Part shown: positions 45,001-56,040 of the stretch, piece after piece
Numbering within the stretch: position 1 is the stretch's first letter
How the letters are laid out: each line of letters opens with the position of its first letter
From: Eledone cirrhosa
Lineage: Eukaryota
Assembly (NCBI GenBank): GCA_964016885.1
Contig: OZ024748.1
Coordinates: 35,464,001 to 35,528,000 of the forward strand
Direction: 5' to 3'
Length of the DNA: 64,000 nucleotides
The notes under the pieces: model-generated
What the model was told of the DNA's origin: nothing
Seen by the model: only the letters and a program-made list of their open reading frames with translations
The model's database searches: none
Position numbers and translations under genes: made by a program

Positions 45001-45277
45001 TGTTGCCTTGTACCATTAAAGACATGGTGTCTTGTTCCATTAAATTACATGGTGTCTTGTACCATTATAGACATTGTGTCTTGTACCTTTAAAGTTATGG
45101 TGGCTTGTACCATTAAAGACATGGTGCCTTGTACCATTAAAAACGTGGTGTCTTATACCATTAAAGACATTGCTTCTTATACCATTATAGAGATAGTGTC
45201 TTGTACCTGTAAAGACATAGTGTCATGTACCATTAAAAACATTGTGTCTTGTACCATTATAGACATGGTGTCTTGTA
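1..45277. repeat. 24-bp tandem satellite array, consensus GACA(T/C)GGTGTCTTGTACCATTAAA, about 1,880 monomers, continuing off the left edge
   Basis: The monomer can be read throughout, with occasional 23-, 25- and 27/28-bp variants. The last recognisable monomer (agacatggtgtcttgta) ends near 45277 and is followed by unique sequence. The ORF track shows 8-aa periodicity (DMVSCTIK, TWCLVPLK, FNGTRHHV, LMVQDTMS). Confidence 0.99.
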
Positions 45278-45731
45278 GCTTGGTTTATTCTCACAACAAT
45301 AGTGCAAGTCAATATAGATGGCGACAAACCTACGAGGTCAACAAAACAACAATAACAGCAGAAAAGAAAAAGAAAGAAAAAGGCAACAGACAAGACTCCT
45401 CCCCGCCCCCAGAAAACAAGATGAGGCCAGCATTAATCTGTGTTTTTTTAAGGCAGAACTTTTTAACCTGAAACAACACCTAAACACCCCCTCGTCAGTA
45501 TCTGCTAAATCTCCCTAACTCCTACTTATTCCCTTTGTCAGTAAATCTCCCCTCTTTCTCCCCCTTTCTTCCCCGTCACCCCCTTGTCGCTGCCTATTAG
45601 ACCTACCACACCCTCACCCCTCACGCCACCATCACGTAGTTTTAGCTCCTTTTTAGGTTTATAGTTAATACCTGACGAAGAGATATGGTGGTAAGGGGAG
45701 GAGGAGGGGGAGGAGGGTACTAATCTGGAAA

Positions 45732-46401
45732 TGGTGGTGGTGGTGTAGTGGTGGTGGTGTAGTGGTGGTGATAGTGGTGGTGGTGATGGTGGTGGTTCTG
45801 GTGGTGGTGCTGATGGTGGTGGTGATGGTGGTTGTGGTGGTGGTGATTGTGTTGATGGTGGTGATGGTGATGGTGGTGGTGGTGGTGGTGGTGGTGGTGG
45901 TGGTGATGGTGGTGATGGTGGTGGTGGTGCTGGTGGTGGTGGCTGTGGTGATGGTGGTGGTGATGGTGGTGGTGGTGGTGGTGGTGGTGGTGATGGTGGT
46001 GATTGTGGTGATGGTGATGGTGATGGTGATGGTGACGGTGGTGGTGACGGTGGTGGTAGTGGTGGTGGTGGTGGTGGTGGTGATGGTGGTGGTGGTGATG
46101 GTGGTGGTGGTGATGGTGGTAGTGATGGTGGTGGTGGTGATGGTGGTGGTGGTGATGGTGGTAGTGATGGTGGTGGTGGTGATGGTGGTGATGGTGATGG
46201 TGGTGGTGGTGATGGTGGTGATGTTGGTGGTGGTGATGGTGGCGGTTGTGGTGCTAGTAGTGGTGGTGATGGTGATGGTGATGGTGGTGATGGTGGTGGT
46301 GGTGGTGATGGTGGTGGTGGTGATGGTGGCGGTTGTGGTGATGGCGGTGGTGGTGATAGTGGTGGTTGTGGTGATGAAGGTGATGGTGATGGTGGTGGTG
46401 T
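45732..46401. repeat. Imperfect (GGT)n/(GAT)n trinucleotide tract, about 670 bp
   Basis: Continuous ggt/gat triplets. It produces the spurious poly-Val and poly-Pro/Ser ORFs. Confidence 0.97.
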
Positions 46402-46423
46402 GTCATGACAGCTCATGTCCCTC

Positions 46424-46527
46424 TATATATATATAGGTGTGTGTGTGCGTGTGTGTGTACTTACATATATATGCATTTACACACACACACACACACATAC
46501 ACACACAAACACACAAACACACATATA
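46424..46527. repeat. Compound TA/TG/CA microsatellite
   Basis: Adjacent tata, gtgt and acac runs. Confidence 0.9.
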
Positions 46528-46845
46528 TTTGCTACGGATTCAAAATATCACACAGGTGTGATTGTAATTAACCGAAAGAAAGTACTCAATACCAGGAATT
46601 ACGGAGCAATGATAATATTTATTCTAAGCCATGTTATTCTAAGTAAGTCGTTGCTCGAACTTTCTAGTGATGTAATAGTTACACGTTCTCTAGCACAAGT
46701 AGAGGGACGTGGCTTGATACCCGGTAGTTGTTTGGGTCCAATTTTCCTTTTCCCCGTTTTCTGGTGGTATTTTACCAGATTTATTCAACAATTATATATA
46801 GTTATCTGTTTTGTGGCGATTAAATAGCGCCAAGCGAGTGTTATC

Positions 46846-46848
<3 letters not shown>

Positions 46849-46908
<60 letters not shown>
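46849..46908. repeat. (TA)n(GA)n compound microsatellite
   Basis: Directly visible. Confidence 0.95.
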
Positions 46909-46909
<1 letters not shown>

Positions 46910-47245
46910 ATGCTGTGTTTTCGAGGTGACAGACAGAGAGTAGATAGACAGAAAGTTAGGACGTTCCGTAAATGGGAAAAGATTTTTGGAGTGTCCAGAT
47001 GAGATTCAAAGTTTTGTTCAATCCACGGACTAATTGATAGCTTGTAGCTATTTATGACAAACACAAACCACTCTGCTGCAACAGCCAACCTAATTTGCAT
47101 AATAGTGCATTCGTTGCAGTCATATGAGCATTTGTTTTCACTTGTAGACATTCCCCCTGGAGAGACTAACAAAGGTAGCTATATCTACCTACATTGAATT
47201 TTAGATTTATAGCTAAATAGGCGGTTAGCTGTGAAATACATGACG

Positions 47246-47247
<2 letters not shown>

Positions 47248-47314
<67 letters not shown>

Positions 47315-47495
47315 AGGCACCAACACACACACACATACACACACTCATATATATATATGTATGCATGTATGTACGTATTTATATATATATATATATATGC
47401 ACGTTCGGTATACAGAAAAGAACCAAACACACAGACACACACACACATACACTCACACATACAACATAGACAACATACACACAAACACATATACA
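47248..47495. repeat. (CA)n/(TA)n compound microsatellite region
   Basis: Long CA run followed by TA and degenerate CA runs. Confidence 0.92.
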
Positions 47496-47784
47496 CGTTA
47501 GTATGATAGTTTATATTCATATATTCATAGATTTCTCACCGGGATATAAATCTTGTGACGAAACGAAGCGAAACGAAAGAATAAAAAACCCGGAATGTGC
47601 GACTTTGAAACACTTATTTGAATTGTATTAAAATGTTTTCTTGTTGCTTTTCTTCAAGTAATTCCAAAGAATTTTTATTGCGCCAACTTCAGGAAATCTG
47701 CCCACCAGATATTACTGGCTTCGGCTTGTCTTTATTTAGAATATAATAGATATTTTGTATTTACAGAATTAATAATGGTTGCCT

Positions 47785-47811
47785 TCTCTCTCTCTCTCTC
47801 TCTCTCTCTCT
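47785..47811. repeat. (CT)n microsatellite
   Basis: Directly visible. Confidence 0.9.
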
Positions 47812-47863
47812 ATTTTGCTGTGACGTCAACAGACAAGGGAATAATGATGATAATAATAATAAT

Positions 47864-48044
47864 TGTTTCTAGTTTTGGCACAAGGCCAGCAACTATCCCA
47901 GTACATTACTGGTACTTTATTTTATCGACCTCGTAAGGATGAAAGGCAAAGTTAACCTCGGCGGGATTTGAACTCAGATCATAAAGGGCCGTAAGTACAA
48001 AGCATGGCGTCCGACACTCTACCAATACTGCCAATTCACCGCCC
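47864..48044 (-). mobile_element. Full-length tRNA-derived SINE (family A of this window)
   Basis: The minus strand begins GGGCGGTGAATTGGCAGTATTGG (A-box-like), has a B box GAGTTCAAATCCC (47963-47975), the body CTTTGCCTTTCATCCTTACGAGGTCGATAAAATAAAGTACCAG, and ends TAGAAACA. It is flanked by the direct repeat TGATAATAATAATAAT (47848-47863 and 48045-48060) and is highly similar to 57565-57750. Confidence 0.9.
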
Positions 48045-48224
48045 TGATAATAATAATAATAATAATTTCTTTTATTGGCTGCAAGAGCCCAGGGCTTTGG
48101 GGACAAAACGTCCACATACACTCGCGTTCACATACATAAATGCGTACACACACATACACACATGTAATCTTCCCGACACACACACAAACAAACATTTCAT
48201 ATTTATACCGACTCTTTGCACCCT

Positions 48225-48308
48225 AGGTTCAAAATCTGCCGAGATCAACTTTGCCTTTCATCCTTTCGGGGTCAATAAAAAAAGTACCAGTCACGCACTG
48301 GGGTCAAT
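48225..48308 (+). mobile_element. Diverged partial SINE related to family A
   Basis: ggttcaaaatctgccgagatcaactttgcctttcatcctttcggggtcaataaaaaaagtaccagt matches the B box and body of family A in the opposite orientation. Confidence 0.8.
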
Positions 48309-48546
48309 TCTTTCTCTCTAGCTCTTTCCCATATTATCTCTTTTACTCTTTCTTCTTCTCTGTTAAGAAACCCCCTTCAAGCGAATTTTCCGCCCTTAAC
48401 TTCTACTGTAAGGGTGCTGGGCCACATTCACATCATGACTCCTGTGTGTCCTTCTGCTGACATCTAATCCTTGTTGTGTATTAAAACCTTATGGAGATAA
48501 GGTCTAGCTGTAATTAACATATAATATAATATATCAATGCATAACA

Positions 48547-48656
48547 GTTTCTACTTTTGGCACAAGGTCAGCAATTAACCAGTGCATTACTGGTACTTTA
48601 TTTTATCGACCCCGTAAGGATGAAAGGCAAAGTCAACCTCGGCGGGATTTGAACTC
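48547..48656 (-). mobile_element. 5'-truncated family A SINE with 19-bp target-site duplication
   Basis: Body nearly identical to the 3' portion of 57565-57750. Flanked by AATATATCAAT(G/A)CATAACA at 48528-48546 and 48657-48675 (1 mismatch). Confidence 0.9.
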
Positions 48657-49044
48657 AATATATCAATACATAACAAAAGATAACAACATAACATAGACGT
48701 TATTATCGAGACATATAAACATTATTTAATTCAGAAATAAATTATTCAATATATAAAATATTTATTCAATAAATTAAGGTATTTTCAGGTGATCAAAAGT
48801 TATTTGATATCAATGTTCTTCATCAATGTTAGTTAGTGCATTGTGCTAAAATAGATTATTTCCCTCTTATAAAGGCAATATTGATTTCTAAACACATACA
48901 GAGATGTAATCAATTATATTGACCTCCATTAGTACTTAATTTGTACTTAGTTTATCGGGGGAATGAAAAACTGAGTTGGAATTGGTAGGGTTGAAATGAA
49001 GATAAATATAAAAGGCTGAATGTAGATACCTCGACATTATGTTA

Positions 49045-49964
49045 TCTATATATATAAAACTGTGGTTGTCTGTCTGTCTATCGATTTTTGGCACACATCT
49101 CCTCTTAGAATCTCTCACGGAATTGCACCGAAATTGCTATACTTGTACATTGAGCCCTAGCGAAGACATCGGAAAAAAAAAATTTCAAATTGACCCACCC
49201 TATGTGACGAAATCGAATATAATGTATCGATTTTTGAGCGTAAGTGATCAGTTATTTCCCTTTGTTCTGTTTACATTGAGCGTCTGCGTGCAAAAATTAA
49301 AAAAATTACGCTGGCTTTCTCAGCGTTTAAAATGACATTAACACAATACACGATTTAAAGACTACGTAAAACAAGCCTTTTAAAACAATATTTTTACTTG
49401 AAAACAAGTCTATTTAAAAACTACTTAAAACAAGCAAATATTTCGTAAAAAAAAGCAAAAATTATATAAGTTTATATAAAATATATGTATCTGTAAATTT
49501 CGTTAGGCGTGCAGACAGACAGTCGTGATATAGGCGTGCAGACAGACAGTCGTGCAGAGAGGTGATATAGGCGTGCAGACAGACAGTCGTGCAGAGAGGT
49601 GATATAGGCGTGCAGACAGATAGTCGTGCAGAGAGGTGATATAGGCGTGCAGACAGACATAACTGATAATTTGGTTACGCTAATGTTTTTCTCTGCGTTG
49701 CAGTGTTTACATTTTCGATCTTTGTTAATAAATAACCAGTGCAGTTTTTATCCCCAGCATCCCCTTTTGTTATAACATTCGGGTTATCGTTATGTTTTCT
49801 TAACTTCATAAGGCATATTGTTGGTTGAGGGAATATTAATCAAAAACACCACATGCAAGTCTGCACAGTAGACACTACAGTTTTTAAGCCAAGAAAGAAA
49901 CTTAACATTGTAACTTTAACACAGCTACTGAGCGACCCCGAGCAACGCCGGGCTTTACTGCTAG
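49045..49964 (+). mobile_element. Non-autonomous Helitron-type element (920 bp)
   Basis: Starts TCTATATATATAAAAC after an A (49044) and ends CTAG (49961-49964) before a T. A GC-rich hairpin CCCGAGCAACGCCGGG (49937-49952) lies 8 nt upstream of CTAG. No TSD. These are the canonical Helitron termini and A|T insertion site. Confidence 0.85.
49504..49658. repeat. 37-bp minisatellite (TAGGCGTGCAGACAGACAGTCGTGCAGAGAGGTGATA) inside the Helitron
   Basis: Unit starts at 49531, 49568, 49605 and 49642 (last one partial), with a 27-bp shortened unit at 49504. Confidence 0.95.
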
Positions 49965-49994
49965 TAATCAATATATTTATTAAGGCTCAGATAT

Positions 49995-50310
49995 CTCACA
50001 CTCACTCTTTCTCACTCTCATCCCACACTCACTCTTTCTCCCCCTCACCCCACATTCACTTTTTCTCCCTCTCACTCCACACTCACTCTTTCTCCCTCTC
50101 GCCCCACACTCACTCTTTTTCCCTCTCACTCCACAGTCACTCTTTCTTTTTCTCTCCCTCTCACCCCACACTGAATCTTTCTCCCTTTCACCCCACACTC
50201 ACTCTTTCTCACTCTCACCCCACACTCACTCTTTCTCCCTCTCACCCACACTCACTCTTTCTTTCTCTCTCCCTCTCACCCGGCTCTCTTTCTCTCTCTC
50301 TCTCTCTTTC
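49995..50310. repeat. Pyrimidine-rich degenerate minisatellite (about 25-27-bp unit, CCCCACACTCACTCTTTCTCCCTCTCA-like)
   Basis: Recurrent cacactcactctttctc motif ending in a (CT)n run. Confidence 0.85.
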
Positions 50311-50446
50311 TAACCCACCTCTCTTCCGCCAATTTAAAAGAATATTACATAATAAAGTGAAGGAAGAGCAGTTATCAGTTTCTGGTAAAGTAGACAGTAT
50401 GACGGGGTTTCATTGAATATCCTCATTAAACTCTATAATACATAAT

Positions 50447-50491
50447 TGTTTCTACGTTAGGCACAAGGCCAGCAATTACCCAGTATATTAC
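50447..50491 (-). mobile_element. 45-bp 3' stub of family A SINE with 11-bp TSD
   Basis: tgtttctacgttaggcacaaggccagcaattacccagtatattac matches the family A 3' end. Flanked by TAATACATAAT at 50436-50446 and 50492-50502. Confidence 0.8.
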
Positions 50492-51114
50492 TAATACATA
50501 ATGATATATATTTCCAATAATATATATGTTTAAAATAAATCGGAATTTAACCCGGTACTGTCACTTCACTTGGTCCTTAATACAGGTAAATATGTCACCA
50601 ATTTGTGGGCGATGTAGTATAGATACTTTATATTCTCATCACGGAACTCTGCTGGTTCTTTATTTTACATCAATGGTTCAAAGGGATGAAAGAATGGTTT
50701 ATTTCTGTGAGGTTTCAATCCAGGATATAAAGGAGAAAAACAAAACAAAACAAAACAACGTTAGAATACCACAAAGTATTTAATCCATCACTCTACCGAT
50801 TTTCTGCCAACATTACATTTCATTATTTGGGTTGTAACATAATGTAATACAAAATATGAAAAAATGCAATGGATTTAGGAGGCCTCTTCTATCAACGAAC
50901 AGATATTACAGTAGACTAAAAGACAAAGATCTCATACATCTAAAATGGCGTCATTCGTGCTAGAATCATGTCGGTTTATGGCGGAAAGTGTCGTCGTTAT
51001 GTAAGCATTGTTTTAGGTTTTAATGGTGGATTTTGTTTGATTATGTTCGGCATAAGCTGGATATTGTAGATATTGTAGAGAACACTGTGAACGCATGTAC
51101 GAATACATGTGGGC

Positions 51115-51750
<636 letters not shown>

Positions 51751-52297
51751 TACGTAGGGGTTTACCGAACATTTATTATAATGTTCGGTTTGTTTGTAAA
51801 CAAACAGCCCGAATTATTAGCCGTACAGTGTTCGGCAACCATCGTTGCCATTTTGTTCAACACTGACAAAGGAACGATGAACTAGTTTCTAGCTTATTAG
51901 TTGTCATCAGCACCGTATACCTTCCTGTCAGTGGATTGACCGTTTGAAAGTATATCCTTTCCTTATGCATATTAACGGGTGAGCAGCCTAATTTACATAT
52001 CAAGTGAGTTAGTCGGTCGGGAGTACCGAAAACGATAAATGGAAAAAATGAAATTTCATTTCTCACTCTTAGTACGGCTGATACTTAATGAAATTTCACA
52101 TATATGCACTTGTATAAACATCTGCACATGTATAACATACAGGGACATATGTATTTGCGTGATAGATAAAAAATTGTTTTAGTTGAGCAGATTACTTTGA
52201 TTCCAAACGATTAAATTCGCCATTCATCAGTGAGTGTTTAGAGAGCATTGCAGAGATGTCTGCTGAAGTGGGGTATGGTCACATGGTGGGCTTCACA

Positions 52298-52361
52298 ACA
52301 TACACATGTAGCACATAAACATACATACATTCTTACATACACACACACACACAAACACACA

Positions 52362-52443
<82 letters not shown>

Positions 52444-52500
52444 CACAAATACTTATATATATATATGTACATATAGAAATATACATATATGTATACACAC
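52298..52500. repeat. (CA)n/(TA)n compound microsatellite
   Basis: Directly visible. Confidence 0.92.
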
Positions 52501-52643
52501 ATGCGCACACAAATAGTTCCACCCACACACAAACACTTGCCTGCGTGTGTGTGTTTGGGTGTGTTTATATGTTATCTCTTTCTCTTAATTTCGAGTAGAT
52601 TTTTTTTGACCGGCCACCTTCCTGGTGGCAAGGTATGTATGTA

Positions 52644-53206
52644 TGTTGTATCAGAGTTTTCCTTCTCCTAGAATTCTGCCTTGACAAAGGCTAAGGGGTC
52701 ATCTCTCCCGGTGATTTTGGATGGCCATTGACTCTTAAGAGCTCCTTTGCCCTTTGACAGGTTTTGTTTTTAGTCCTGCAGGATGTCTAAAGTCACCCTC
52801 CTCACCAAGAAATATTGGTGGGGTTGCCAGTTTAGTCGCCAACGACCCGACCATGGGACAGGTTGTACTGGGATACATGTTACCAGTAACACCAACTGGT
52901 GACCTGACATATATATACATATATATACATACATACATATATATACATACATACATACATACGCACACATATACATATACATACACACATATATATATAT
53001 ACATACATATATATATACATATATATATATATACATACATATGCATATACATACATATATATATATATACATACATACACATTATATATATACATACACA
53101 TATAAATATATATATACATACACACACATATATATATACACATATATATATACACACACAAATATATACATACATACACATTATATATATATATATATAC
53201 ACACAT

Positions 53207-53240
<34 letters not shown>

Positions 53241-53922
53241 TACATACATATACATTATATATACACACATACATATATACACACACACACACATATATAT
53301 ATATATGGTGGTAGCCAACTCGTTTTCGAGTACGGCCACTACTTTATATCCATGTAGGAGAACTCCTACCGATGCGCTGAACAAATGTGACTTTTTAGTC
53401 CAGCCAGCGACTCGAAAACTCTGGTACAAACACTACACTTGTGACAATTATTGACACAGTGCTGGGCCCATGGTACCATGTGACGACAAGTACAGAGAGA
53501 TCTCCAGATATAAAGCATTGTCTGTGCCGTGAAGCTTTTATAGTGAGCAAAGGCACTGCACAAAGCCAGTCCCACGCTCATAACCAAGATGATATTTACC
53601 AAAAAGAAGAACAAGTCAACATCATTGGATACCATCAGGGTTGCAGGTGTTATATCAGAGTTTTCCTTATCCTAGAATTCTGCCTTGACAAAGGCTAAGG
53701 GGTCATCTCTCCCGGTGATTTTGGATGGCGATTGACTCTTAAGAGCTCCTTTGCCCTTTGACAAGTTTTGTTTTTAGTCCTGCAGGATGTCCAAAGTCAC
53801 CCTCCTCACCAAGAAACCTTGGTGGGGTTGCCAGTTTAGCCGCCAACGACCCGACCATGAGACAGGTTGTACTGGGATACATGTTACCAGTAGCACCAAC
53901 TGGTGATCTGACATATATATAC

Positions 53923-53953
<31 letters not shown>

Positions 53954-53987
53954 CATACATACATACATACATACATACATACATACA

Positions 53988-54021
<34 letters not shown>

Positions 54022-54972
54022 CATACACACACACATATATATATATATGGTGGCAGCCAACTCGTTTTCGAGTACGGCCACTACTTTATATCCATGTAGG
54101 AGAACACCTACCGATGCGCTGAACGAATGTGACTTTTTAGTCCAGCCAGCGACTCGAAAACTCTGGTACAAACACTACACTTGTGACAATTATTGACACA
54201 GTGCTGGGCCCATGGTACCATGTAACGACAAGTACAGAGAGATCTCCAAATATAAAGCAATGTCTGTGCCGTGAAGCTTTTATAGTGAGCAAAGGCACTG
54301 CACAAAGCCAGTCCTACGCTCTTAACCAAGATGATATTTACCAAAAAGAAGAACAAGTCAACATCATTGGATACCATCAGGGTTGCAGGTGTTATATCAG
54401 AGTTTTCCTTATCCTAGAATTCTGCCTTGACAAAGGCTAAGGGGTCATCTCTCCCGGTGATTTTGGATGGCGATTGACTCTTAAGAGCTCCTTTGCCCTT
54501 TGACAAGTTTTGTTTTTAGTCCTGCAGGATGTCCAAAGTCACCCTCCTCACCAAGAAACCTTGGTGGGGTTGCCAGTTTAGTCGCCAACGACCCGACCAT
54601 GAGACAGGTTGTACTGGGATACATGTTACCAGTAGCACCAACTGGTGACCTGACATATATATACATATATATACATACATACATATACATACATACATAC
54701 ATACATACATACATACATACATACATACATACATACATACACATATACATATACATACACACACATATATATATATATATACATACATATATATATACAT
54801 ATATATATACATACATATACATATACATACATATATATATATATACATACACATTATATATATACATACACATATATATATATATACACACACACATATA
54901 TATATACACATATATATATACACACACAAATATATACATACATACACATTATATATATATATATATACACAC

Positions 54973-55018
<46 letters not shown>

Positions 55019-55994
55019 TACATACATATACATTATATATACACACATACATATATACATACACACACATATATATATATATGTGGCTGCCAACTCGTTT
55101 TCGAGTACGGCCACTACTTTATATCCATGCAGGAGAACTCCTACCGATGCGCTGAACGAATGTGACTTTTTAGTCCAGCCAGCGACTCGAAAACTCTGGT
55201 ACAAACACTACACTTGTGACAATTATTGACACAGTGCTGGGCCCATGGTACCATGTGACGACAAGTACAGAGAGATCTCCAGATATAAAGCAATGTCTGT
55301 GCCGTGAAGCTTTTAGGCACTGCACAAAGCCAGTCCCACTCTCTTAACCAAGATGATATTTACCAAAAAGAAAAACAAGTCAACATCATTGGATACCATC
55401 AGGGTTGCAGGTGTTATATCAGAGTTTTCCTTATCTTAGAATTCTGCCTTGACAAAGGCTAAGGGGTCATCCCTCCCGGTAATTTTGGATGGCGATTGAC
55501 TCTTAAGAGCTCCTTTTCCCTTTGACAGGTTTTGTTTTTAGTCCTGCAGGATGTCCAAAGTCACCCTCCTCACCAAGAAACCTTGGTGGGGTTGCCAGTT
55601 TAGTCGCCAACGACCCGACCATGAGACAGGTTGTACTGGGATACATGTTACCAGTAGCACCAACTGGTGACCTGACATATATATACATATATATACATAC
55701 ATACATATACATACATACATACATACATACATACATACATACATACATACATACATACATACACATATACATATACATACACACACATATATATATATAT
55801 ATACATACATATATATATACATATATATATACATACATATACATATACATACATATATATATATATACATACACATTATATATATACATACACATATATA
55901 TATATATACACACACACATATATATATACACATATATATATACACACACAAATATATACATACATACACATTATATATATATATATATACACAC

Positions 55995-56040
<46 letters not shown>

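Noticed and set aside
1-45277. Hundreds of ORFs with 8-aa repeats (DMVSCTIK, TWCLVPLK, FNGTRHHV, LMVQDTMS), suggesting a giant repetitive protein
   Set aside because: A 24-bp unit without stops in four of six frames yields ORFs automatically. Frequent 23/25/28-bp monomers shift frame, ORFs occur equally on both strands, and there is no unique N- or C-terminal domain or codon-position bias.
1-45277. CRISPR-like array (short palindromic repeat)
   Set aside because: Monomers are directly adjacent with no unique spacers, there are no cas genes, and the context is eukaryotic.
45538-46436. Extensin-like poly-Pro (292 aa) and poly-Val (224 aa) ORFs
   Set aside because: Both are translations of the (GGT/GAT)n tract, with no signal peptide, domain or splice evidence.
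46652-46725. Possible tRNA gene (degenerate A- and B-box-like motifs)
   Set aside because: The boxes are degenerate (GGCTTGATACCC) and no cloverleaf can be drawn; at most a decayed SINE head.
49970-50437. Possible MITE with terminal inverted repeats around the CT-rich minisatellite
   Set aside because: The ends (tatatttattaagg and cctcattaaactctata) match only loosely and cannot be supported without other copies.
53366-54377. 89-aa ORFs with a hydrophobic N-terminus and C2H2 finger as a real small zinc-finger gene cluster
   Set aside because: The finger sits at a retroelement-like 3' end and the frame is broken by an 11-bp deletion in two of four copies, so it was recorded as a remnant. Ribosome profiling or proteomics would be needed to revive it.
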